DNA from: Hyphochytrium catenoides
Lineage: Eukaryota; Protista; Hyphochytriomycota
DNA length: 64,000 nucleotides
Reading direction: 5' to 3'
Assembly (NCBI GenBank): GCA_900088475.1
Contig: FLMG01003379.1
Location: 18,727-82,726, forward strand
Positions 12,451 through 23,143 of the stretch are shown here, piece by piece. The first letter of the stretch is position 1. Each line of letters starts with the position of its first letter. The notes below the pieces were generated by a model. The model did not search any database. It was not told the DNA's origin and saw only the letters and a program-made list of their open reading frames with translations. A program made the position numbers and the translations under genes.

Positions 12451-13882
12451 ATGATGTTCCATGATGTTGAAGAGGTCAAAGCCGAGAGGGTGCCACTGCT
12501 GCCTCCGCAGCCCTCCACCCAGGGTGTAGATGAAGTGCTGACCGAGGACCGTGACTCCATAGGTCAGCCACCTCCTTCGACCTCGTGTTCGACCTACGTT
12601 CCCCTCCTCAGCTTCCCTTTCTTAATAGATGCTTCACGACGTTAAGTCATACCGTTATAATCTAGCACGTTGTGACCACCCCAGTGCTGCTCTCCGCCGT
12701 GGCAAACGACTCTTGCTAACCTAGACGGCAGAACTCTATCCTCCTCTCAGCAGGATTCGTCCTATCAACTCGACGCTAAAGAACTGCTTCCGTTCCAGCA
12801 GAATTGGCAGGCTTTTTCATATCCCAGGGTTTGGCTTTCTCTCGTTCCTCATCGGCGTACTTCTGACCCTTTGTCTCGGCGCGCTGAGAGAGAGGGGATA
12901 CCTTGAAAGGGAAAGTTGGTGGCTTCTGTTCTCACCTGTGTGGCTGGGCACCTTCCTACTTCTCTTCTCCTACGCAGTGAGCGTCTATGGTACACTTCGC
13001 TTGGGACTGGAAATAGCAGAAGGTGCAAGCGCGGCTGCAGCGGGGGTCCATCAAGGGGTAGGAAATAGTAGACCACTCATTATGCACGCATGTGTTCCCT
13101 GTCACTGCGTTGCTGCCTTCTCCCTGGCGGTGCCTCAATAAGGCTGCTCGCACTCCTTGCGCTGAATCTTCTCCTTGTCCGCCAGTTTCCATGGCCAAGT
13201 CCCTAATCTTCCTTGACTGAGCCAAATCTCATAACAGTGCTTCGCCTTCAGCTTCGTCTACATAGCTCTCTATATCCATCTTTCTCTTATTTCTTGGTAT
13301 ATTGTTACATTTCCAGTGCGCCAAAGCGAACTGGCCGTGATTTGCTCATCCTCCCTTTCTTCGTCACTCTCTCTTCTGCTCGCTTCTGTCTAAGCAGGAG
13401 GGTTGGCACGAGCTGCAGGGACCACTTCTGCTTCCAGTCTTTAGAGAGCTCATTTCGGTCCTCCTGGGTATCCTCCCAAGGATCCTGTTGGTTATATGGC
13501 TAGTTGTTGCGCTCTGTGCTTGGCTATCTTCTCCTTCGCATGTGGACCCCGTGTATTGGTTCCTACCAGTGCTTGTCTTTCAGCTGTTAGCCATCGCGCG
13601 TGGAATAATGGTTAACGAAAGTGGATGGCTGGCGGTAAGCCTTTGCTGTCTTTCTCTAGGTCTTTCCTGCTTGTAAAACACTTGTCTCGTCTCTCCAGTT
13701 TTTCTTGATCTCTGTCAACAGCGTGGACTACGGTTGGTCTGCTGCCTATTTAAGTCCTCTGTCTGGCAGGTCTTGTGGCGTAAAGCAAAGTATTCCCTCT
13801 CTTTACGTCTCTCTGTTTTTAAATATGTGTCTCTTTCTCTCTCTCTCTCTCTTTTCTCTCTCTCTCTCTCTCTTTCTTTCCC

Positions 13883-13928
<46 letters not shown>

Positions 13929-15049
13929 TGGTATCACCCGGCACCACCGCTTCGAGTTTTCATGGTCACACCTTGCCGCCTTCAGGTTGGACTGGGCATA
14001 GCCTTCTTCGTTAGCACTTTAGAGGTCATGAACCGAGTCCGCCACTTGTTTCTGGAAGGTCTACCGCTAGTGATGACATGGGAGCTGTGCTTGCTCACCG
14101 GCCTTCCTCTGCTGGCACTCTTCCTTTCCTTCCTCCTCTTGCTGCTGAGAGTACGCATCATGGCATATCGGGAGCTGCTGTCTCTGTCTCGGGTGCAGAG
14201 CTTATGTACAACATGCCATATTGTAGGCACAGTGGCAGCAATAGGAGCTCTGTTTTTGGTTGAGGCCGGCCTATACAAGGTGAAGGAAACGCCTTCTCTG
14301 CGTCTCAACTCTTGGCTGAATATGCATCCGCCCTTCTAAGTTCTTTGCTAAGACTTAGGCTTTCACTCGCTGATAGCTGGTGCAAATAATTACGCAGCGC
14401 AGTCCGCAGACGTCCCACCTTTCTAATTTGCGAGTGCCGCCCCTTAACTCTGTGTCTCCTTTTCTGTCGCTCCTTGCTCTCCGTCCCGCTTCAAACCAAG
14501 TAATCATATATACTCTTCACTGAACTTTGCTCTGGAACGTCGTTTCGTAGGAAATGTCAAGTCCGCTTCAGTATGGCATCTTGCTGGCCATTTTCAGTAT
14601 GGCCGCAGAAACCGCAGCTCTACTGTTAGCTTGGCTGCACTACGCCTACCAAGTACAGGTACCGGACCCGAGTCTTTCATTTGCTTCTGGACTTTGCGCG
14701 CTCATTCTAGCTGCAACTGATAGTCAGACTATGACTGTGCACCCCTCCCTCTCTTTTCTTTTGTGCTAGGAGACTCTTTAACACTCTCTTAATCCGCCGC
14801 CACCGTTGCCTGTCTCTCAATCCTCTTTCTCGCTATCTCTCTACATTTCCACCCTCCCATTGATTCTCTGTTTTCTCAATGCTTATCCAGAGAAGGAGAG
14901 GGGACTGCCTTCCGCAAATACTTGTGAAGACCTCTCAGGGCTGGTTGCCGGTCTGTTCTCCCACAGAGAGCCTTCCTTTAGTTGGTGAGATCCTGCTCTC
15001 CCGAATGGCAATTATAAACAAGGCACGGAGAATAGCTGGGCTAGGTTAA
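12451..15049 (+). CDS. Uncharacterised multi-pass membrane protein (weak resemblance to the TMEM185/TMEM60-type WW..F.P.W motif), about 6 exons
   Basis: Phase-consistent exons: MMFHDVEE..DSI | ELYPP..GFGFLSFLIGVLLTLCLG..SWWLLFSPVWL.. | EGWHEL..WFLPVLVF..GWLA | VGLGIAFF..AGLYK | EMSSPLQYG..YQVQ | RRRGDCLPQILVKTSQGW..GLG*. Many hydrophobic helices. The family assignment is weak. Confidence 0.7.
13830..13924. repeat. Imperfect (CT)n microsatellite inside an intron of the membrane-protein gene
   Basis: About 95 bp of ct/tt dinucleotides. It produces the spurious LS/ER-rich ORFs in the track. Confidence 0.95.
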
Positions 15050-15179
15050 ATAAATAGGAAGGGTTCTATCAGGCGCCGCCATGACATCCTGGGAGAGCAG
15101 GGTGGAGGGCTTTAGAGAGGAAGCCTCACCTCACATTCTAGGCGCCGTGGCTCTCAACAGTGCTACCTTCTACGCTCAA

Positions 15180-18100
15180 CTATGCTACCTCTGCACTGAT
15201 GGCACTCTGAGTGTCGTTCTCTGAGCTTGGTTCATCTTCTTGAGCTTCCGATGAGCGGGAAAGGTTAAGGAGAGCTTTTCTTTTCCACCTCCAAGCCTCT
15301 CCTTTCACCACTCCTAGCTCATAATGGAGTGAGAGGAGCTCCTTTCTTAAGGCTTTAACCTCTTTAGGAAGCTTCCGCTCTGCTTCTCCTTCACAGCTCA
15401 TGTCTCCTAAGGTGCATTGCTGCCAAATCTTAAACCGTTTCCATAGCGCAGTTTTCTATAAACAAGTAGGAGAGGTTATAAGTCAGTACAGCCACTTAAC
15501 GCTGTGGTTAAGCTCTAGAGGAGCCCTACCAATATAAGTCCTTACCGCCAAATGCCCCTCTCTCTCTCTTCATTTACTCGAATCTGCCGACTACCGAAGA
15601 ATCTTCCTTGCCTCTTACCTGCACGCGTCGAGTGACATATAATAGCTTCTGTATGCCGCTGCTCTGGTCCATGAGCTTGTACCCAAGCTGCTGTGCAGCA
15701 GCGGCCCGCCGCCCCGCTGTCTCCATTCGCCAGTGACTCCAAGCCGCCCATTGACGCCGTCGCCAATAAGACCGGAGGCAGAGTCGCAGTAAAAGTCCTG
15801 GGAAGGAGGAAAAAAATTTTGTCACGACGCGGTGGGAAATGTCCTCTTTCTTCATCAAAGCCTCCTGTTGTGGGGCCTGGAACTGCTCTTGCCCTCATAT
15901 GATACTTTTCCGCTGTCTCCCATGACTTTAGAGTCGATAGCAGTGTCTCTACCTGAGGACAATCTCTCAGCGTGGTTCCAAGCCACGGACATCACCTTGT
16001 CTGCGCGCGCCATGGCAGTAGCTTGAGTCCACGTTGACAGCGCCAGCAACAGTTTACGACGTTGGGCCTGTCTGTGAAAACCGATGAGCATGAAGCAAAA
16101 GAAGAGCCAGTGAGCTTGAGCGAAAAGAGAACCAAAGATGACATAGAGAGCGATCGTCAAGATGTGTTGTCGGTTAGCCGAACCACTAAAAGGAATCTTC
16201 AGCTCTATGGACAAGGGTGAAGGATATTGTTAGGTAGGAGAAGATCAGAAGGTACCCGGAGAGAGGCAGCATGGAAGCTCTTAGAAAGAGAAAAGCATAC
16301 TTGGCGAGGGAGAGAAGAAGGCGGGCCCCTGTCTGCTGTCTCCAAAAGTTATAGGCAATCTCGTGCCTGCGGTTGCTGTCAACCAATGCCTCTTGCAGCT
16401 CCTCCGTGGTTGAGAACGAGAGATCCGTGGGTCCACAGCTCTCTTTTTTGCCTTGGGAACCCTCTCTCTGAAAAGCATCCGGTATCTCCCTCTCTAGTCC
16501 GTCTATTTCTTCCTTATGTAGCACTATCTCCTCCCGGTCCACCTCCGTGCTTCCATCCATATGGGTGCGAGAAATATGAACAAGACCTTTCTTTGCTCTC
16601 TTCTGCTGCTCTAGGAGTCTCCTCGCGAGATTCGTGGCTCTCTCTTCCGCCAGTCGAACTCGCTCTTCAGCCTCTCTCCTCATCCTCTCCATCTCCTCCA
16701 TGCTCTCTCGAGCCCACAATCTTCGAAGCTCAGCAAAGCGCGTTCTCATTACCCTCGCGGTCTTCTTCACCAGCTCCTCTTTTTCTCTCTTCTCGGTAGG
16801 AGAGATCATAGAGACGTCTTTCCCATGGTCGCCCTCGTCTTTCGCACTCTCCTCTTTTTCTATTACATCCAGATCTATTGCTGGCAGGTCGATTGAGACG
16901 CTGGAGGGGCTATCCACGCCGTCTTGAGTTCCGTATATTTCCTGGAGCTCTAGGATCCTAAGCTCGCTTTCTCTTAGTTTCTTCGTTACCTCCATCCTCT
17001 CTTTCTTTTCCTGGGAAAGGAGCTCATCTCTCTCTCGCACCTTCTCTAAGAGGGCCTGCCATTCCGCTTCAGCTGCCTCAGCTCTGGAGCGTAACGAGTT
17101 AATGTGGGAAGTCCAGGCAGTGATCTTTATCGCGAGCTTTCTTTCAGCTATCAAATACTTCTCCTTGACCTAAGATAATGATCAGGCCAATGTAAGATGA
17201 TGAGAAGAGAGACAAGAACAAGGGAAGAAGTGGAATGAACGGACCATGAGATAGGAACCCGAAGGGATCCATCAAGACCGACTGTCAAAGGAGGCCATGG
17301 AAAGAGGTCGAAAGAGACTATCAAGTGTTTAGAGAATGGCCTACAAAGATAGCGAGGAGAGAGACGACTAAGAACTGAGAGAAGAAATTATGGAGAGAAT
17401 CGAGAATAGTGAAGAGGAGATAGTGAACAGCGTAGGCAGGTGCCTAGTCAACATGAAAGAGAGAAAAAGGAACAGAGCGCCGTACCAGCAGAAGCGTTTT
17501 TTGCAAGGTTTCACTCTTCTTCTCAGCATCTTCGACGCTTCTTTCTAGCACAAATCGCTCCTTTTCCTTCCTCCTGAGCTTCTCAAGCTCCCCCTGCAGC
17601 TCCCTTCTCTGCACCTCTAGCTCTCTGAGAGACCTTTCCATCATCCTCACAGTGAGCTCTTGATATTGAGCCCTCTCTAACAGAGAATTCCTCGCCCTTA
17701 GCTCCTCCCTTTCGCTGCTCAAGTTTCTATTCTCTTCTTCTAGCTCTCTGCACCGTAGCTCTAAGGACGTGAGAGCTGTGGATTGCCTGAGAAAAACAGA
17801 CGACGATTGTTCAAGAAGCGAGTCTCTCTCTCGCACGACGGTCTCATGCTGCCCCGAAAGCCTCTCTAATGTGTGGTAGAGAGAGGCCTTCTGTCTCTCT
17901 TCTGCCTCCCTTGACGTAAGAAGAGCTGCAATCTGCTTACTCAACTCCTCTCGTGAAAGGAGAAGTGCGCTCCTCTCTTTCTCCCCTTCATCCAGCTCAG
18001 CGAAGGTGTCTCTGAGAGTTACTTGCAAGATCTCTATTCTCTTCAAAAGGGAAAGGCGATCTTCATAGTCTGAAGGCGGGGACATCAACCTTGAGTAGCG

Positions 18101-19549
18101 CTCGGAGTATCGACTCATTGCATTTTTTTTCTCTTCTCCAGTGGACTCTTTACCTCTCCTCGTCCTAAGGCTATTGTGCACGCCATTTTGAGAGAAAGAG
18201 AAACCCCTTAGCCATGAACTAGGAGAGAGAGGATTCAGCTCATCCTCATACAGATATGGTGACTCCTGTCCCTCATCCTCTCCCGTTTCCCGTTTCTCAT
18301 TCACAACTAGTTGAACAGCGTCTCTAATTATCTCTTCTTGACCTCCGCTAAGTTTGCTTTGAGATTCAGGAGAAGCGGTGTCGCTTCCCGTCTCTACCGT
18401 AGACGACAAAGTTGCCCTAGACCTCTCCTTCACTTGATCCAAGAATACTCCGTAGGCAGACTCTGGGTCGGGAGCAGAAACAGAGGAGGAAGATGTCACC
18501 AGGTGAGAAACGGACGAAAGCTTTTCTAGAGATCGCGCGACGATAATTGTAGGAGACAGAGGACCTGAAGCTAAAGAAGAGTGAGGAGCAGAAGATCCGG
18601 TAGCTTGTAGGCCATCAGATGGAGGACGTGGCGCTGAGATGTCCAGCACGGCGATTGAGGAGTTCTTTTCTTCCCCTTTGGAGACGGGAGCTTCCTTCCC
18701 TTTCTGCTGCTCTATTTCCAAGATCTCCTCCAGTGGGGTGGCAATTGACGGAGGGCGCCCATCTCCACTCTTCTGCTTTGAAGTTTCCAGTACCTGGACA
18801 GCATCATCGGTGTCTCCACCCGTCTTATTCCTCTCCAGAGAAGTGCTATCCTTCTCCTTACCATCGCTGCATCTGGAAAGTACGATGGAGGTTTGACTGG
18901 GGTCTTGCCTGGCTTCAATGCTTCCCCTTCTCTCCTCCGCTTTCGCCTTCCGCTCACACTTTGGCTTTCCTGCAACGCTTACATGCTTCACTTTTGCCCT
19001 CCTAAAGACTGATACCTTCGGACTTGAAGCTATCCCAGCTGCCTTCTGTTCTCCCTCAGCTTTGGATATACTCCTCCGCCGTAGGAGGGGAGACGGGCTC
19101 CTCCGGCGGAGAGGGGACGGGCTTCGTCGCCCCCTCGCTCGCCTTGGACTAACGCGGGCAGATTTTCGCGGCCCCTTAGCTTGAGAGCGGACTGATGCTT
19201 TACCCTTGGCACTATCCTCCTTCTTCTGTGTAGGAGACATCTTACGAGGAGATCGACTCTCAGTGTCCTTTCTTGTCACGCTTATGAGAGTTGGAATGGA
19301 GCTTTGTCGTCGTTGTCTGGGTCCCTTATTGCCCAAGGGAAGGGCTTCTGAGAGCTTGACGGTATCATTCGACGAGACCGAGGGTTTCATGTCTTCTGCA
19401 GCAGACGAGAGGGACAGAGGGGCCAGATGATCCACAGGGCGTGCCATAGGCCCACCCTGTGCGTGGAGAGGTAAGTTAGGGCAGATAGCCTCTAACTCCC
19501 CGTTTCGAACTGTCCTACTCCTTTCGCCATTGCTCTTTTGTTCGTCCAC
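15180..19549 (-). CDS. Large uncharacterised protein: basic/Ser-rich disordered N-half plus long coiled coil; start uncertain (first in-frame ATG 19447)
   Basis: 701-aa and 322-aa open exons rich in E/R/K/L heptads; RRSPSPL repeats; smaller 3' exons ending ..SAISAEVA* at 15180. Confidence 0.8.
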
Positions 19550-19748
19550 TGCTCTTCAGATTGTTCTTCCTGCAGTCCCATACCTCCTGTCACTGTAACC
19601 AAAAGAATCACCTACACACAGCAGTGAGAAGTGACCGCCATTTCCCAAATGTCCAATGCACCAGTCATAGAGGCTTCCTAGAGAGCTACATAGACGTAAA
19701 TGGTGGACCATAAGCTCGTCAAGAACGAGCCCAAGCCATGAAGGTGAT

Positions 19749-19800
19749 GGCTCCATGAGCTAACCGCATTCACAGGCTCCATGAGCTAACCGCATTCAGA
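19749..19800. repeat. 26-bp tandem duplication
   Basis: ggctccatgagctaaccgcattcaca / ggctccatgagctaaccgcattcaga. Confidence 0.95.
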
Positions 19801-20418
19801 GGACAAGTCGACCATCGACATGTACAGTGTTGATGATAGGACTGGCAGGACAGCACGCATCGCGCAGAAAAGCAGCCAGGAGAGCTGAAACATGGGCTAG
19901 AGAGGGGGAGAACGGCACTGATTCACGTGCCATGGCAAGAAGTGCAGGCAAGGCCTGAGCCAGAGGTAGAATGAACGGACAGAGGCGAGGGTAACACCTC
20001 CCACAACCCCAAGGCCGTTATTCATCCCCCTCAGTAATCATATCCTGATTACCAGGCCAGGCTATCCGTTAGCGGTCAAGAACAAGAAGCAAGGGAATGT
20101 CAGTGTTTTTGAGGTTTCATGATAAGCTTTCTGCAGATTTTGCAGATTCTTTCTGATCTCTGCGCCAAAGAGAACGTCAGTTTAGCTGAGGAGTATAGCT
20201 GATACAGAAGCGTCATTCTCCTATCCCTTGACGCGAAAGAGAAGAGGCATGAAGGTAAATAAGTTTTTGTGCCTCCTGTAAGGTTGGTTCAATGGGTCCG
20301 TGAAAGCTCACAAACGATGGTCGGGAGAAAGATGTCAACTGCGTAAGGGGAGCTGCTTTGGGTGGATGTAAAGAGAGGGTTCAGGGTCCACAAAGTGAAA
20401 GCGGACCCGCATTGCGCC

Positions 20419-21336
20419 ATGGATCTCATGGAAGCAGCCTTGCCAGTAGGGCTCGAACTCACCGAGCAGGATGTGTGGGAAAGGATTGCCTCCGGTGAGC
20501 CGCCAGCATCGGCTGAGGAATACCTAATGCGGGTGAGGCTAGAGGCCCAAGCCTTGCCTGAGATTGTGACAGCGAAAGTTGACGCCAAACAGCTCAATGC
20601 CACTAACCAGGTATGCCTTTCAAGCAGGTCTGGCGGTTCATAGGGTAAATGCTGTCTAGATGGAAATAGACTATGAGCTTCCAAGTCTTACAGTTCTTTA
20701 CCCATATGACAGACCATATTCGTCCCGAAGGAGCAGGCTCCCACAGTTTGTGCAAAGGAAGTTCTTCCCACTGAGCATTGGGAAGAAGAGCTCCTCGCAG
20801 ACTTTGCAGAGCTTCGCCAGACACTGACTTATTGGGATACAGTTAGCCCAGTTGAGAGAGAAGACAGGGAGGAGGTGCCTGGCATGAGGGATGAAGAGTC
20901 CTGGCACAAATTCTTCTTTGGCTACTCTATTCGTCAAGCTCGAGAAGACGAGGCGCCGCAGTCCAACGCTACTTCTTCAACTAGGGCGGGTGAACAAGAG
21001 GTCCACCCAGAGTGTGAAAGACGCGGCGTTCCGCCACGCCTGAAGCTTTTATTGCAGTTTGACCAGATCTTAACGCGCTCGCTGCTAACGTATCACGTGG
21101 AATGGCTACAAGAACTTCAATTTCTGTCGACGGCTAGAGCTGTTTGGATATACAGCTTATTGGCGAGAGTAGACCGCCCCCTGATTCCAGACACGGCTGC
21201 CTGTCTACGAAAGGGGCTGAGAAAGTGTCTGGCATTGAGGGCGGTAATAATCGACCCGGAAAGCACTCAGCTAGCCGCCCTCAATGTATTGATCTCTATT
21301 ATAGGCAGGTACTTTAGGCAGGGAGATGACTTCTAA
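20419..21336 (+). CDS. GEMIN2: Gemin2 / SIP1 (SMN complex), 2 exons (intron about 20611-20712)
   Basis: PPASAEEYLMRVRLEAQALPEIVTA; PTEHWEEELLADFAELRQ; PGMRDEESWHKFFFG; WIYSLLARVDRPLIPDTAACLR; LNVLISIIGRYFRQGD. Confidence 0.93.
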
Positions 21337-21740
21337 TCGGCATTCGGTTGTCAGGCGGAACTGACTGGTGTAACGAGAGACAAGGAGCCCCCAAACATGC
21401 TGCCCCGCTTGCATTATCCCTCTCAGGCGGACATGCATGCTGCTATGATGCCGCTGTCACCATACCCGAGAAGCAATAGCAAGGAGTGGTCCTGACAGTA
21501 CAATGAAAGGGATAAACCTCCGAAGCTGCCAAAAGCTTGTAATGGGTTGGTTGAGCCCACTCGCAGTGGCGATCCTCAAGAGCAACGGAGAAGGCAAGGG
21601 CATCGTGGGTCCTGGACTCGGCAGATGTACGATAAAGGGGACGAATCGACAAAAAGGGGAAGACATGGGAGGGCCAGTGGGAGAGTGTTGCCTTCAATAG
21701 AGTAATAAATAAAGTAAATCATCGCGCTGCTCCATTGCAG

Positions 21741-22514
21741 CTACGCTATCTCCTCTTCCAGCTCAAGCTCCTCTTCTACCTCCCGCTCTATCCGTCTCTC
21801 TATGCTCGCTTTCTGTCTTTCGGTGTCACGTTCGTATTCTACCTCCTCTTGTGCCTCTTCTTCTATGAAAATAGCTTGCATCCCTTCGTTCTCTCGCCCC
21901 TGGTCCTCCGAAAGCTCCTTACTTTCTTCCTTCCTCCTGAGGTGCTCTACCTCTTCCCAAAGTTCTACAACCTGGGCATTGTTTCTTGACCTTTGTGACA
22001 AGGACATGTCGGCCATTGCCATAGAGAGTCCATCTTCATAGTCTGCTGCCGTTGCTTGGGGCGGCAGGGATACTGATAGCGACCCAAATACTAAGCCACA
22101 GTCGGTACACACCACTTCGCCGTCAATGTAAGTCAGTTTGTCTTCGACATGGAGACAATTAAGATCTCTACAGAGCGGATTGAGTATCTCCTGTCCTTCG
22201 GTGTTGTTGCTAGCTCGGGCATAGTCCATTGCTGTCTTCTTCTTCCAGTTCTTCAGGCTTATGTCGCTCCCCAGCTTCAGTAAAACCTTCAGTTCATCCG
22301 TCCTCGTTGGGTACCGCGCAGCCGCCATCAGGGGTGTGGCCCCATCTGCCTTCCTCTGTACATTGACATTCTCCATTCCAACATTCTCCCATAGGAGACG
22401 AAAATCATCGCGCATCATAGCGTTCCAAATCGCTTCATCCATAGTATCATCCGCCACCTGGGGCTTGGACGCCTCATCGTCCTGCTCCTCTAACCTCTTT
22501 CGCTGCCGCATCAT
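21741..22514 (-). CDS. Ankyrin-repeat + TFIIB-type zinc-ribbon protein with acidic/charged tail; one uninterrupted coding exon (an upstream exon is possible)
   Basis: NVNVQRKADGATPLMAAA..LKVLLKLGSDISLKNWKKKTAMDYA (about 2 ankyrin repeats), then CRDLNC-x15-CTDCGLV preceded by DGEVV, then an E/R-rich tail. Confidence 0.85.
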   Translation of the reverse strand: MMRQRKRLEEQDDEASKPQVADDTMDEAIWNAMMRDDFRLLWENVGMENVNVQRKADGATPLMAAARYPTRTDELKVLLKLGSDISLKNWKKKTAMDYARASNNTEGQEILNPLCRDLNCLHVEDKLTYIDGEVVCTDCGLVFGSLSVSLPPQATAADYEDGLSMAMADMSLSQRSRNNAQVVELWEEVEHLRRKEESKELSEDQGRENEGMQAIFIEEEAQEEVEYERDTERQKASIERRIEREVEEELELEEEIA

Positions 22515-23143
22515 CTCCCCTGTCAACAGCGATTGGTTGTGACAGCCAGATAGACCCACAGGAACTCCTCTTAGAGTCCACTGCTGCCCTGCTCCTTCTG
22601 CGCCTCAACTGGAAGATGTTACAGTCTCGCAGTTAAGCTCTAATAAGAGCTCCAAATATCCTCTTTATCTTCGTCGTTGCCATCGTCCATCGTCCATGCT
22701 TCCCATCATCCTGGGCGGGAGGTCCAGACTCAGACTTCCGATCTGGCCTATCGACCCGCGTTGCCCTCAGGAATAAAGCAAACATAAATAGATGTTATTC
22801 GGTAATAAGGCTATTTCGGTGGGGGATACATTGAAGAACGAAGTTCTCGTGGTGGAATTAGCAATTCTTGTAACTGCATAACCCGTGAAGTTCGTCAGCA
22901 CATTTTCCTGTCAAGTCGCATCGTCGGCTTCGTCGGACGTGAGACCTGCTCTCCAATACCGACCTTGCGGCACAGCTAGATGGTTATCGCATCCGAGAAG
23001 CTCCATGAAGATCTGCAGCAGCAGGTAGGAGAAGCCGAGGCCACTGGTCAGCTTTTGTCAGTGTAGAGCTCCGGCAGGTACTCCATTACATATTATTGAG
23101 TCGTCGGCGGAGGACTTCCCTGTCACGTGAAAATTGGCGTGGG

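Noticed and set aside
13705-14001. ORFs with LSLSLS / RERERE runs
   Set aside because: Translation of an intronic (CT)n microsatellite. The flanking exons join in phase across it.
16227-19430. Several long + strand ORFs (S/L/F-rich)
   Set aside because: Antisense shadows of the E/R/K-rich coiled-coil gene on the - strand.
22900-23130. Recurrent TGTCA motif in promoters
   Set aside because: A 5-mer whose frequency cannot be separated from chance without genome-wide counts.
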